A DNA stretch of 64,000 nt, taken from the NCBI GenBank assembly GCA_002633005.1, contig NMRA01000183.1, forward strand, positions 14,426 to 78,425, read 5' to 3'. Position numbers and translations under genes: made by a program. Within the stretch, counting starts at the first letter, position 1, and the number at the start of each line of letters is the position of its first letter. The DNA is from Phoronis australis (taxonomy: Eukaryota; Animalia; Phoronida). The notes under the pieces are model-generated. The model ran no database searches and was not told where the DNA came from. It saw only the letters and a list, made by a program, of their open reading frames with translations. Positions 1-13,131 of this stretch are shown here, one piece after another.

Positions 1-258
1 GCTCCCCCCCCCCCCCCGCTTCCTACAGCCCTGAAATAAGATTCGATAATAATCCCAGACATACTGTTCAGTTATTTACAGCTTCTAGAAATGTAATTAA
101 TTACTCGTGCCATACTCCTTAAGTGACGTTTTTGCTGTCGAGAAGTATGTGCCTTTTCTTTTCATATATTTTGACTGTGAGCTGTCGAGTCAGCCATTGT
201 TATACCTCGGTTGTGATAAGTTCGGTCGTCGTTTGCTTTTGTTTACGAGTCAGTCAAC

Positions 259-530
259 ATGCACAGTTGCTGCGTACCATCGTCTCGCGCGCACTCGGGG
301 AGTTTCAGTACATCGCCTTCCGAAAGATGACACACTTCGCCGTAATTGCCTCGTTCGTGTGAAGAACGCAGCGCTACCCGTCCACCATGTCCGCAACGCA
401 CAAAGCAGTGGAGAAATACCGAGTGTATGGCAAGCATTTCCTTCCGTCGGATTGCGAAAGAGATGTGTACGCTAAAGGTCCTTGCAACATAACGCCTGAA
501 GAATGGTGCCATACCGTCGCTGTTGATTCC
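259..530 (+). pseudogene. Frameshifted THAP zinc-finger, N-terminus of a transposase (Kolobok-like)
   Basis: Across frames it reads MHSCCVPS / RGVSVHRLPKDDTLRRNCLVRVKN / RVYGKHFLPSDCERD / LKNGAIPSL. This matches the THAP pattern (CxVPxC, hrFP, W, RvCsxHF, AVPT) with decayed residues. Confidence 0.75.
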
Positions 531-769
531 CGCTACCCCCGAGAGGTGCATTTTGAAGCGAGAAGCTGTGGCCACTACAGTGACATCTACTGTCACCCTT
601 GCCTTCGAACGTACGCCAGAGCGTGCAGTCCGGGAACTAGCAGTGATTCACCCTTTGCTGTTGTTGGTAACCCAGAGGCTGTAAGCAGCCTTGCAGCGAT
701 GGTGAGTAGTGGGTGTGAATACACGCCCAGTTCTACACCCAGTGAGCATGAGCGCAACCAGCCTAAAAG

Positions 770-3578
770 ATGGGGCTCGAATTTTTGAGAATGTGGAACT
801 TTTACGTTCAGTGCTATGAATTGTGCATTCACCGAATTTTGGTAGTTCCTGCATTTTTAGTAAACCTTTGTGAACAGCACAGGCATTCCATTGAGGTCGG
901 CATAACAATGCACACCGTACATTTGTACCAAGACGTCCCACCACGTCTGTCCTCAGTCTCTGGCTCATTTCTTTCAACACCTAGCAGAGCTCGACATAAC
1001 GAGCTGCAGGTCGCATTTGCGACCTGAAATTTGGAGCTGACAAAAATCTCAGCTCGCATCAAGTCGCAAAATGCGACATGGAATTTCCAACGAATGCGAG
1101 CTGAGTGTTTACACTTTTCGGCAGATACCTGGCAAATATAAAGCAACTCTTGTTAATCCAACCGACACTAACCGAGAACAGCCCTCCCGATGATAAGCAA
1201 GTCGCGTGAACATGGGATATGCAGAATCGATCTTCGACGCGTTTCATTGGCTAACATTTTCGGCCACTTTTGCAAATTTCCGGATTTGCCGAAGAAAGTT
1301 TCCGGCCACATAACACGTGATAAAACCTTACAAAACAGCGGTGTTTCTATTAATTCTTAAGCGATCAACTTAAAAACTTTGTGATGGACAAATATGTTTG
1401 TTTTTCGCGTAAGATGTCCTTATTACCTTTACCAAATATCCACGACAATATCCCTGATATCGCACTGCGCCACTGGTCGGTCCCGTTGTTAGCGTGCAAG
1501 CGGTCCCGGCAAGACAATCGTGATTTAGATATGTGCGCCTCGTTTTTATCCCATAAGACAGCCAAAGTGAAAATGACAACCTATTAATCCCCAAACGACG
1601 ATCACATCTTTACTTTCAGTTGCCAAGAAATTCTCAAACCCCATTACTTGTTTCTGGGGCTACGCGCGCGAAATATGATTTGTCTTTCACACGTTGTTGC
1701 CAACGTAAAGTGTAGGCCTATTACAGCGATTCAAGTGCGTGAACTCACGCGTGCGCACCGTTTCAAAGCTGCACATTAAAAGAGAACAGCGACAGTCCTA
1801 AATGAAAAAGTATACCGGCTTAGCTCTGTTAAGCACCCGGGTGCCAATAGTTTATTTGAAAATGAACTCATAGATTTCCGGCGGTTATAATAGACCTGAT
1901 GCTTTACGATATTCCCCGTGACGGATGTAACCCGGAACTGATATTTTCCGGTTCCGATGTTTCTCGAGGTCGATGTTCTCTAAACCCTATATTCTATGCC
2001 CGTAGCCAGCTATTGCAACTAAACGGGTACTAGATGCGAAATTGTGGTTAGCAAATTTTTTATTCTTCTCTTCATACACCTCCCTCCCGCCCCCTGCCCA
2101 CTCCCCGGCAACTTTTCGCTCCCCGGACCACCGCCGCCGTAAAAATGTTCAGACTCCAATAGAAACAATGATGTTCCAGCTGAAGCGGGCAATTAAAAAC
2201 AAAATTATTCCGGGTGGCTAAAAAGGATACAGTGTAGGTGGTAACGATATGCAGAAAGTCACCTCTACTAGAAGGAGTTTGCCTTGCAAAATCGTATTAT
2301 TATAACGTTTCTTACTATTGTAGTCTTTTTTAAAATATCTTATTACCGCAAACACTCAGGTTAACGACTATGCTAACGCCCAAGCCTACTCCCTATCTTT
2401 GAAGTGTTTCACAATAAGCGCTCACTGTAAGCGTTTCCCCTCAACTTTTGAGAATTTCCAACAGTTTAGGCTAGTGCCCATCATATCGCACTACAAACGA
2501 CCGAGCGTGGTTTAAAATTGACTCGCAGCCTATATGGTGTGTCACTGTCATTTTACACAACAAATTCCGTTTTCAAAAAACGTCTTTTCTCAATATGTAA
2601 AAACCAAATCCCGGCTTTGTTTTATGCTTCCGAAAGAAAGTTTTAAAACACTAGTGACATGCGTGTCGTTTTATGACTGATCTATATTTCCCGTACCTGG
2701 AAGGTATTGAGCAAACTTGCCATTACGAGATGGAAACTCGCCCGGAGGGAGTCGGGAATCATTTGGAGGGTATTCACTTCATGGAAAACTAATTGTTGAG
2801 TACGTAAACAGCATAATTATCACATTTTTGTTGTGAAATTTGCACTGAATTGTTTATTCGGTTAAAGTATCGTTTCACGGATTTTTTGACAGACGTTTTT
2901 CAAACATGAGTTAAGTTGCAAAATCTGGGCTGCGAACAAAAAGTGGAGGGAATTTGCCCCTAGTTTGAATCTTTAACGACTTTGATAACAGCCAGTAGCA
3001 GGTCAGACCTAGCAAAATCCCGGATACTTTTTCAACGGGCATTTTCTCCCTTTTCAAATCGCAAACTTAGCTACTCGAATGCACGTGTCAGTTAGAGAGC
3101 ACTAATTCAACTTTCACGTCGGTAACTTGACTTGCGCTCTAGAGACTTTCAATGGCGGTCGTGAAGAACAGTAACGCCGTACCTATGAATGAAGTCAGTT
3201 TTGGGATCTGAAATTTGTGAGTATTTAACGCGGCAGGAAAGAGCATAATCTAAACATTTTCTCGATGATCTAAAATTCAATTTTGGCGCGTAAAAATGGC
3301 GGGAAATTTTTGCATCTGGCATTTATGAATGCGAGCTGGATTTTGGAAATGCGACCTGGGATTCTGGCTAGGTCGCAAAATGCGACCTGGCGATTTTAAT
3401 AGCGTCGAGCCCTGCCTGCCTGTGTCTGTGCGTACTCTGCCTCATTATACTCGGGCTCAAATATATACCCACCCACTGACTGTCCGTGAAAAAATTCCTC
3501 GTCACCACTGCTATGAACAATGTCTCCGTCACTTACGTCACTACTGTGATTTGGGTCGCTGACTTCAGCCATTTTCAC
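770..3578 (-). pseudogene. KolX / P2X7-ballast-like Cys-rich protein, split by a 2.4 kb insertion
   Basis: N-part 3578-3415 is acidic and ends GYIFEPEYNEAEYAQTQAG. It resumes at 984 with LGVERNEPETEDRRGGTSWYKCTVCIVMPTSMECLCC, matching the WCxCxxCxxMxTxxECxCC signature. Confidence 0.7.
985..3414. mobile_element. Non-autonomous TIR element (hAT-like termini)
   Basis: Ends CAGAGCTCGAC (985) and GTCGAGCCCTG (3414). Subterminal TGCGACCT/AGGTCGCA/TGCGAGCT repeats at both ends. It interrupts the KolX-like ORF. No clean TSD. Confidence 0.7.
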
Positions 3579-5853
3579 GTTACTACGAAATAAACGATCC
3601 CTAAATCCAGCGTAATTGAGTTCTTTAACAACCTAGCCTGTCGTAGAAAACTCGTCGATGGGAAGTGGTGACGACAATTTTAGAATAACAGCACGAAAAC
3701 AACAGTAGTGCAGATCCTCACAGTAACTCGAACGCAGAACCAAATTGGCGCGTAATTTTTGACTCCCTAAATGTAACGTCCGGACTATGGCACGAATAAT
3801 TAATTACATTACGAGAAGCCGTAATTAACTGAAAAATATGTCTGGGATAATCAGCGAACCTTATCTGAAAATGGCATGAAAAAAGGTTGCCTTCGCCTTT
3901 AAAGCAGTTTAGTCTGTCTGTCGCAATCCAGGCCTCTTTAAGGAAACAAAAAATCGTGCCCGCAGCCTGTTTCACGCTTAGGGAGACGACAAACAATCGT
4001 ATTCTTGTCCCTTCTACGATTTTCGTGTCCCTGGCCTTTATCTTGTGTTTTTCCTTTCTTTAATTTTTCGGGATGATTTTAATATCATTTAATTTTCCTG
4101 CAAGACAATATGACGGAGCCTTTTTCGTTCAACTGGAGCCAGTCTTGAAACGAAAACTCCCACTTTTCAGAGAGGTTCGACGTACAGTACTGTGCGCCAT
4201 TTCGTGGTCATTTTTATAATACTAACACCCTTAAAAGCTTACCCTTTGTGGTGCAGTCGTGGCAGGATTTCAATGGTTAGCGTTGTTCTTGTTATCGTTT
4301 TCAATGTATGAGTTCTTTGTTGCCTTTCAGCCTACCTTCCGGACTGGCTGAAGAATCGTGATGAAAAGTGACAGGAATGGTTAATATTGAGGAGAGAATC
4401 GATGACTTGATTTGCGGCCTCCGGAGGCTATCATTAAGTTCATTGCCATTAATTGCTCCCTTTACTAGGAATGATTATCCTTTGTAATTTGTTTCGGGAC
4501 TGTATGTGAGGCGCATGTTGGCCATAAACGCTCCACGTTACCAAGACAGTCTTTATTAGTAACCTTACATTATCAGACCATCTTCCCACTGTCGGTGACA
4601 TTTGTGTCCACATACGCTTTTAACAAGATAATGGGCGATTCAATTTAAACCTGTATACCCAATTAGACCATCGTGATCTATCGAACAATTTCTAATGAGT
4701 TGTCACATTTCTGTGAACAGTGAACATTTTTGTCAGGAAGATATGAAAGACGTTGTACTGAGACCGGAGGTCATTGACATGCGTGTGCTGCTTCGCTGTT
4801 CTTTGCTAGTTCTGGCAAAAACACACAAGGTAGTCACTGCAAGCAGAAAAAAAAAACAATTATTCAACTAGTATGCAAATTGCAAATTCGTCACCCGCAA
4901 AGCTGGAGTTACGAATCATGATCCTTGCCGCGGCAGTGCACAGCTCGCGGTAGACGGAATACTTTGATATCTGAGGGCACTGACCTAGCTTTTTTCTGTA
5001 GAGTTGGGCAATTACTGCGTACGAAGCATTGATTTCAGAGCAATAATATCTAAAAACGTCACAGTTGATTTTCCGATTGATTTGATTTCTGAACTTGACT
5101 TGCTCGTGAAATATTATGCTTGAATCGTTTAATTCAGAGCCGGTATTTCGTAACATATCTAAACATAAAGAAAAACTGTTTGAAGCTGAAAAAGTAGACG
5201 AAATCACTAAGAATAAGGATGATCCAAAACGTTATTAAAATTGATTAAGTCTACTATGGCTAAAAATAGTATTTCAAATTACCATTGAATCTGATAGTTG
5301 GTCTGACGAATGATAGACAACTACTAATAGAGACTTGGAGGCACTTGGAAGCTTGTGACGTTTCATGTAATTGATGTAACGGAAACACTCCGCGCGAACT
5401 GATAATCTCTTTTACTGCTAAGGAAATTGACGAGGCAACCCCAACTGTTCCAAATGGAACCTCCCCGCAGCTGAGTGGCCTACTTTTCACATGTTTTGGA
5501 ATAGTTTTAACCGCATGAGAACATAAAGCAATAATTTCTACAATATATCTATATATGGATGCATTCATGCATGAAAATATTTTGTATGTTTGTACGTATG
5601 TATGTGTATGATTGTGTGTACGTTTGCATGCATTTTAAATACTTAAGGAGAAATACGATAAAAATACAATAATTATACCAAGGACAGGAAAACGAAAGAC
5701 AAGTTGGGCTTGGCGAACGATAAGGTGAGCGAAGCCGAGAGACAAAATCAAACTTGATGAATATTTTGAAAGTGCCTGCGTCATTCTCTTGCAGATGTCA
5801 TGTATGTTTTGTGATATTCTTGTTTTTGTTAGAGAAATATAACATTTTAAAGC

Positions 5854-8170
5854 CAGGTCTTCATGGAATCCAATGTAAAAATTTGTTTGTTTGCCGTGTA
5901 CCCGTGTATTTCAGTAATGGTGATTTTCATTTAGTAAATTATATTGTTCATTTTACAATTACAACCTGATAAATGATACCAACACAATTGGGCTTATTGG
6001 TCATTTTGGCATTTTTTCCTAATTTGTAAGATGAACAAGGATACAGGGGCTTAGTTCATGAGCTAATCTAACATATTTTGCATATAATCTCGTATAAGAT
6101 TCATAAAACCAAGTTTCCCTAACTGGGTATCATGTGTGAATTCTGGAGAATGTTATATTTTACTCTTAGACCGGCCATCGCTTAGTGAGTTACGTAAATA
6201 ACAAACAAAAATAAAATGCACTTTATCTTCTACAATGTAAACACATTCTTTCTCAAGAGGTCTGTTTACATACTATTCCGTTGTATCCAACTACCAAGCG
6301 GAGGATGTATCCGTGCACGTAGCTGTACTAATAACGACGTTTAGGAGTGACACAAGTTTAAAGTACTACGCTACATGTATGTTCAGTACAATAATCTTGA
6401 GGCCTTCATACGTAAGCTGTAGTGTGTCTGTTCCCTAAACAAATTCGCAAACTAGTTTTTGTGAATGCGATTCTAAGGGACAACTTTGATTGAGTTACAA
6501 TCAAAAAATTCTCCATCGAAGTCCTGGTTTCTCTATCAAAAATTACGGATCCGATGAAACTTATTTTCTTTTGCGATATTTTAGTGCGCGCGTACAATAC
6601 GGCCCAATGACAGCCGAATTTTGGAACTATTTCGTATAGTGAAATAAGAATTAGCAGTATTTGTGTGTCTGCTAACCAAAATGTCACGAGCCACTGTTGT
6701 GTTGTACAATTCTCGCGAGATACATTATTACATGGCGAAGTCGTTATCCCACGTATTCAAGAGCCCGAGTGGATTTTAGAGAATTATCGCCCGAGGGGCG
6801 TCAGCGATAATTCTTCAAAATCCACGAGGGCTCTAGAAAAGGGGGATAACGACTGAGAAGGTATACCAATCCAACATTAAAACTTTCTTTGTTAACGCAA
6901 AAGGTTAGGTAAATAACAACGAGAAAACATTGTAGGCTAGAGGGGTAGGTTTCCGCTTCCTTTATTCAAGGTTGTAGGTTCGAGTCTTATTGAGGCACAC
7001 TGCTAGNCAGGTCTTCATGGAGCCCAATGTAAAAATTTGTTTGTTTGCCGTGTACCCGTGTATTTCAGTAATGGTGATTTTCATTTAGTAAATTATATTG
7101 TTCATTTTACAATTACAACCTGATAAATGATACCAACACAATTGGACTTATTGGTCGTTTTGGCATTTTTTCCTAATTTGTAAGATGAGCAAGGATACAG
7201 GGGCTTAGTTCATGAGCTAATCTAACATATTTTGCATATAATCTCGTATAAGATTTATAAAACCAAGTTTCCCTAACTGAGTATCATGTGTGAATTCTGG
7301 AGAATGTTATATTTTACTCTTAGACCGGCCATCGCTTAGTGAGTTACGTAAATAACAAACAAAAATAAAATGCACTTTATCTTCTACAATGTAAACATAT
7401 TCTTTCTCAAGAGGTCTGTTTACATACTATTCCGTTGTATCCAACTACCAAGCGGAGGATGTATCCGTGCACGTAGCTGTACTAATAACGACCTTTAGGA
7501 GTGACACAAGTTTAAAGTACTACGCTATGTTCAGTACAATAATCTTGAGGCCTTCATACGTAAGCTGTAGTGTGTCTGTTCCCTAAACAAATTCGCAAAC
7601 TATTTTTTGTGAATGCGATTCTAAGGGACAACTTTGGTTGAGTTACAATAAAAAAATTCTCCATCGAAGTCCTGGTTTCTCAATCAAAAATTACGGATCC
7701 GATGAAACTTATTTTCTTTTGCGATATTTTAGTGCGCGCGTACAATACGGCCCAATGACAGCCGAATTTTGGAACTATTTCGTATAGTGAAATACGAATT
7801 AGCAGTATTTGTGTGTCTGCTAACCAAAATGTCACGAGCCACTGTTGTGTTGTACAATTCTCGCGAGATACATTATTACATGGCGAAGTCGTTATCCCAC
7901 GTATTCAAGAGCCCGAGTGGATTTTAGAGAATTATCGCCCGAGGGGCGTCAGCGATAATTCTTCAAAATCCACGAGGGCTCTAGAAAAGGGGGATAACGA
8001 CTGAGAAGGTGTCTATAAGTATAAGTATACCAATCCAACATTAAAACTTTCTTTGTTAACGCAAAAGGTTAGGTAAATAACAACGAGAAAACATTGTAGG
8101 CTAGAGGGGTAGGTTTCCGCTTCCTTTATTCAAGGTTGTAGGTTCGAGTCTTATTGAGGCACACTGCTAG
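5854..8170. repeat. ~1.15 kb direct duplication flanking a single N (7007); probable haplotype/assembly artefact
   Basis: 5854-7006 and 7008-8170 are near-identical with scattered SNPs and small indels. The junction is exactly at the N. Confidence 0.85.
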
Positions 8171-9479
8171 ACTCTTGAGTCAGGTCTCTAGCTCCTCAGC
8201 TTAGTTGTAACTATGCATTATTAAAGCATAAAAGCGGTTTCAGGTGAGCAGTGTAATGGGCCCACCCGAGCGGCTTGCCCACGTCCGCTATAACGTGTAC
8301 GTTGAAAACTGCCTGAATTTTTAGGTAGACGTTCTATTCCAAATACAGAGCGTGAATACTGCCTTTTGTTATTTACTGTATTTCACACCACGTGGTGTCA
8401 TTAAAATTCACGGTTTTGACTATAAACGGCTCTCATATAAAACCACATATCTCAGTCTTCGACAGTTACTTTACATTAACACCAAACTCCAGAAGAGTAA
8501 TCTTAAGTAGTAGATACGCACGAGCTCAATAACGTTGTAATTTGTTGAAATTTAGATGCTTATTTCCACGGAAAACGGTATTTGCTTTCCCTAAAGCTCT
8601 ACTTACCGTCAGTATCTTCCTAGGAATATCTTCATTGAAAACCATACAGGGTATATTTGAGTTTTAGTAAAGTCTGTATAGTTATATGACGATTTATAAT
8701 TAATAACGTCAGTATCAAAATTAAAGCCAAAATTACTTGTTTCCTTGGACTTTGTGGTAATGTAAAACATGATTTTTGTAGCATGCTCCATTTTTGAACC
8801 GGTCAATTTATGACAAAGTGTCACCCGACCCACAACAAATTTCAACACTAGGTTTAACAACGGTTTTAGTTCCAACTGGGTATACTTATTAACAGGAAAA
8901 AGTCTACCAAAGTCTCGCCACCGGAAATGGGTTAAAACTGCGTCATTTCTAAGATGGTCGTCACGCCATTTCGAAATCACTAAAACAGATATAACGTCAT
9001 ATATAATTGTGATAGAGACATATTTTTTCTTTCTAGTCTATGGTTTAAGGGGTGAGCAACAGATTGGCGTGGGTAAAATTCAGATACGATCAGTATTGAA
9101 TATGAAATTCAAGGTGGCGGCTAAAATTCAAGAATTTCAAAGAAAAATCACTGATTTGTCCATTATATTAATATCTTATCCCCTATATCGAAAGTATGAT
9201 TGGATGTGACTGGTTTCTGATTAAATGATCTTAAAACACTTAGATGTGATTGCATTCTGCCTGAAGTATTTTGAAATAGGAACAGTGCATTTACATGTAT
9301 ATTTAAGCGGTCAAATATATAATTCAAAGCATTAGCTTGACGTAAAATTCACAAAAATGGTCTGGTGTATATTTATTTGCCATTGACTTTTGTTTAAAAA
9401 TCCACGCAACGAAACTGGAAACCCAGGGCAAAATGCCAAAATCAATGATCGAGACATTTAACAAACGCGTATGAGATCG

Positions 9480-11101
9480 CTAAAAAACGCAGTCGGTTTG
9501 TCTCATGACAGTAAGATGACAGAAGAGCAGCGAGCATTGAGGACAATGTCGGCCCCCACAAAGTCAGAAGTGAACTCAGCAAGCGAACACCACAAAGAAG
9601 AAAGTGGTGCCAGACTTGAATGATGCATACGACCTTGCCAAGATAAGCACACGACTTACCGCATTTTTACCCATCTAAGAGCCTGCGCTACGCAATATCA
9701 CCAATGGTGTTGTCGCCAGCAAAGACGTCAACGTGCATGAATATGAATCTTTTGGGAACAAAATCATTAAGAGAATGGTCGGAGAACCTCTGGTTTTCTT
9801 TCGCTTTTAAGAGGACAGAGAAAGCTCTGAGAAACGTAGCTGCTGTCCAGATGGGTCCTGACAGAACCTTCGATCCTAGCTTGCTCTTCCAGGACTCCTG
9901 GTGGTATCCCGGTAGATAGATTTGTTTCTTCATTAAGTGATCAGTTTTGAGCTCAGTGCATATCCACCGTCCTTTTCCTTGAGGACAACCGGATTTTGAG
10001 AAAGGCTGGCAAAACTCAACTGGCTCAAGCCGTCAATGACCACTGTTCCAAGTCTCATGCAAATGAAGGAGCACCAGACTCCACACCTTCAGTACACCTC
10101 CAGACTGAATGGCTTGTGCTTCATGGGAGATCCCTGGTGCACAAGTTCAAGAGGAAGAAGGGAGATACAAGGAAAAATTTACCAGAGCATAGGCTGACTT
10201 CACAGCAAAGAACTATGAGGCAGTCACTGTTGTCTTTGGTGGCTATAGTGCAGGTTCTTCGATAAAGGATAACGTTCAGCAGATACAGACACTGTGAACT
10301 TCACCGGAGAAACCAAATTGTCATCGGCAGTAACAAGCAACTACTGGTCCCCGTAATAAGTCACCAGCTGCAGAAAATAGGTCGTTCAGGAATAGGGATT
10401 GGCGCTGACGTGAACATTGCAAAAAGACAGTTGTTAACAGTACAATTATGCATTCCACTAACAGTAATGGGGGATGAGGACACTGACCTGTTGATGCCTT
10501 TGCTCCCTTACAGCATGGTTGGTGGGGGTAACCACTATTTTTCAGATCCCACAACCAGTCAAGAACCAATCTGAAACTATACGACATAAATTGGACGAAG
10601 TGTATGCTCGGTACTAAGTTGTGTACCTAGATATTAACCCTGTACTCCTTCATAGGATGTGACCCAACGTCTCGTGTGTATGTCGTTGGGAAGAAGTCAG
10701 TCTTTCGGAAACTTGAAACTCCAGACGTGCGGAGAAAGTGGGAGCCCCGCTGATAAAGAGGTATTTGGGAGTCAAGCGAAGGTCGCAATGTTTGGTAGAG
10801 GGAGAACGTGTTCTCTGGCAGCCATATGTTACAACATAATCATCAAGGAGGTTGCTGCTGTCTCCGAGTGTAATACAAGGTCATGGTTTGGATGGGTATT
10901 GCAAGTGACATGGATCCTCTAGACTGGGCCTGGAGACTTGAAGATAATCGATATATACCCATCATGACTGCCATGGATGCTGCAACAGACATTCTCCTGA
11001 AGATGATACATTGCAACTGCACCAAACTTGTAGTACTCCCCGCTATAGTTGCAGAGAGAATGGGCTTGCACGTACATCTAATTGTGCCAAGCGACATGTG
11101 A
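9480..11101 (+). pseudogene. Academ-type transposase C-terminal remnant (XPG/PIN-like domain plus Cys-rich CXC finger)
   Basis: Frameshifted motifs DPSLLFQ, FELSAYPPS, MRKAGKTQLA, VLHGRSLVH, VVFGGY, GEDTD, SFIGCDPTS..VGKKS, DPLDWAW..IPIMT..LLKMIHCNC. Confidence 0.65.
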
Positions 11102-11656
11102 CAATCCGCTAAATCAAGTAGTTGAGCAAACTTGTAGACAGTGGTGAGGATTGAACTGAGGCAGTACAAGTAATGAACATAACATTCTGGGAAGAAAATA
11201 TACATGTAACCTAACCGATCATGCGTCATGTCGACAAATAAATATTTTAGCGGCTGGCACCTGGTGTTCAGTCATTTTGATGCTGAGAGATACTTTTTAA
11301 GTAAAGGAATACTTCTGCAAGTTTAAATTATTGATTATAATACACCTATGCATGTACAACCTTGACATACATGTACAGCCTTGACATACATGTACAACTT
11401 TGACATACATGTACATTCTCTGTCAGCGCATTCCATTCATTAGTTTGCAGTCAGCAAAGTATGTTGTAATTAACCCCATTTAACACTTTCTCAGCACTCG
11501 AGATCACCATCTATTCTTTACTTCGCAAAATGTAGCACCCAACCGACAAAACATTTTTTTCCAACACAATCCAACACACTCCTGATTAAATTGATTGCTA
11601 AGTGCCACAATTCTCGACGATAGTTTGTATAATTATACAGACTATCATTCTATTTT

Positions 11657-11928
11657 ATATCTGTACTGACAACTCGGTGTATCATTATATTGTTTATCTG
11701 TACTGACAACTCGGTGTATCATTATATTTTTATCTGTACTGACAACTCGGTGTATCATTATATTGTTTATCTGTACTGACAACTCGGTGTATCATTATAT
11801 TTTTATCTGTACTGACAACTCGGTGTATCATTATATTGTTTATCTGTACTGACAACTCGGTGTATCATTATATTTTTATCTGTACTGACAACTCGGTGTA
11901 TCATTGTATTTTTTATCTGTACTGACAA
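11657..11928. repeat. 36/37-bp minisatellite, about 7.5 copies
   Basis: Unit TATCTGTACTGACAACTCGGTGTATCATTATATT(G)TT with alternating variants. No spacers. Confidence 0.95.
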
Positions 11929-13131
11929 TAGATAAGCACATGTGCAAATTTCGTGCAATTTCAATGAAGTTTTTTTGATCACCCGATATAATGGGCAAAT
12001 ACTGATTTTTCGTTCTTGAATTTTTAGTCGCCATCTTGAATTTCATATCAAATATTGACCATATCTGGATTTTAACCACACCAGTGAGTTTCGCGCCCAT
12101 TAAAACCATAGACTTAAACCAAAATTTATGTCTCTATCACAGTTATTCAAAAATTTATAGCTGTGTTAGTGATTTCGAAACGTCTTGGCGGCCATCTTGG
12201 AAATGACACAGTTTTAACCAATTTCCTGTGATTTTGGTAGGCTTTTTTCCTGTTTATAAGTTTACTCAGTAGGACATTAAAGCACTTTAAAATCTTTTGT
12301 TGCAATTTCTTGTGGGTAAGGTGGTATATTAATTTCTACACCACTTACCTATAATTGACCTCATACCTTGCAAAATCTGTTCATTTCCGAGAGAAAAGTT
12401 ATATAGTCAACGTACGATAAATACCGGTACCATAGTTTCCTGGCTTAAGAGCGTTTTCTGTACTGTTGAGTTCCATAACCAGACCACTAATATATGAAAG
12501 AAAAAGATGTCGCTTTGTCGAATGCTGTTTTGGAGATTAAACCAAGTAGTGTAATAACGTCTATGCCAATATATACAACTTATTAAAGGGTTTATATATA
12601 TTAAATTAAAAGCTTTAATCATATATTAATAGTCTATAAAATAGTAATTCGTGGGTTGTACAGTCAAAGGCCATTTTGAATCAACAAGCAGCCCCAAGGT
12701 TGTTGAACCTATTGATTTTCTAGCTCTAATGAATGTGGTCATAATACTGACACAAAAATCAGTACATGACCGTAAAATTAGCTATTATGCTCGTTCCTTA
12801 TTATGCTGTTATGCTCATCTGCTGTCAAAGTTTTGGTTATAAAACTGAATGATCGCATTATTCAATAATTGAACCAAAAATTTGGTTGATACACGTACTT
12901 GGTAATTGAGTACTTTCTTTATAATCAGCGGTACTCTTGGATAATCAGTCCAGGTTTATCAATTGCTGTTATTATTACCATTTTCTTCAATTGCGCAAAT
13001 TGCGAAGGCATTGTGTCATTTTGGAATACATTAAATAATTCAGCTAAAACTTGCATACTATTTTCAAATTCTAACATTTCTTATTTTTTGTTTTCAATGT
13101 TACATTTTTAACTTCGTCATACCGAACATTT

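Larger units (their letters stand above)
259..4040. mobile_element. Internally deleted Kolobok-like DNA transposon remnant
   Basis: Convergent THAP (+) and KolX-like (-) ORFs. Candidate right terminus GTGTCCCTGGCCTTTA at ~4025-4040. Left end not identified. Confidence 0.55.
8801..12360 (+). mobile_element. Decayed Academ-like (AcademX) DNA transposon with long imperfect TIRs
   Basis: ~8801-9150 is an imperfect inverted copy of ~12003-12360. The interior holds transposase C-terminal remnants. Confidence 0.65.

Noticed and set aside
977-3422. 8-bp hAT TSD for the 985-3414 insertion
   Set aside because: Flanks ACACCTAG and CCTGCCTG do not match, so the superfamily call rests on the termini only.
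6930-6996. tRNA gene (also 8093-8160 and 30968-31035 minus)
   Set aside because: Only A/B-box-like words such as GGTTCGAGTC. No convincing cloverleaf; at most tRNA-derived SINE debris.
5854-8170. Real tandem duplication with twin 63-aa ORFs
   Set aside because: The junction is a single N and the differences look allelic, so these are probably unmerged overlapping contigs.
11657-11928. CRISPR-like 36-37 bp repeats (also 20967-21860, 41211-41364, 59341-61600)
   Set aside because: Units are contiguous with no unique spacers, there are no cas genes, and the context is eukaryotic.
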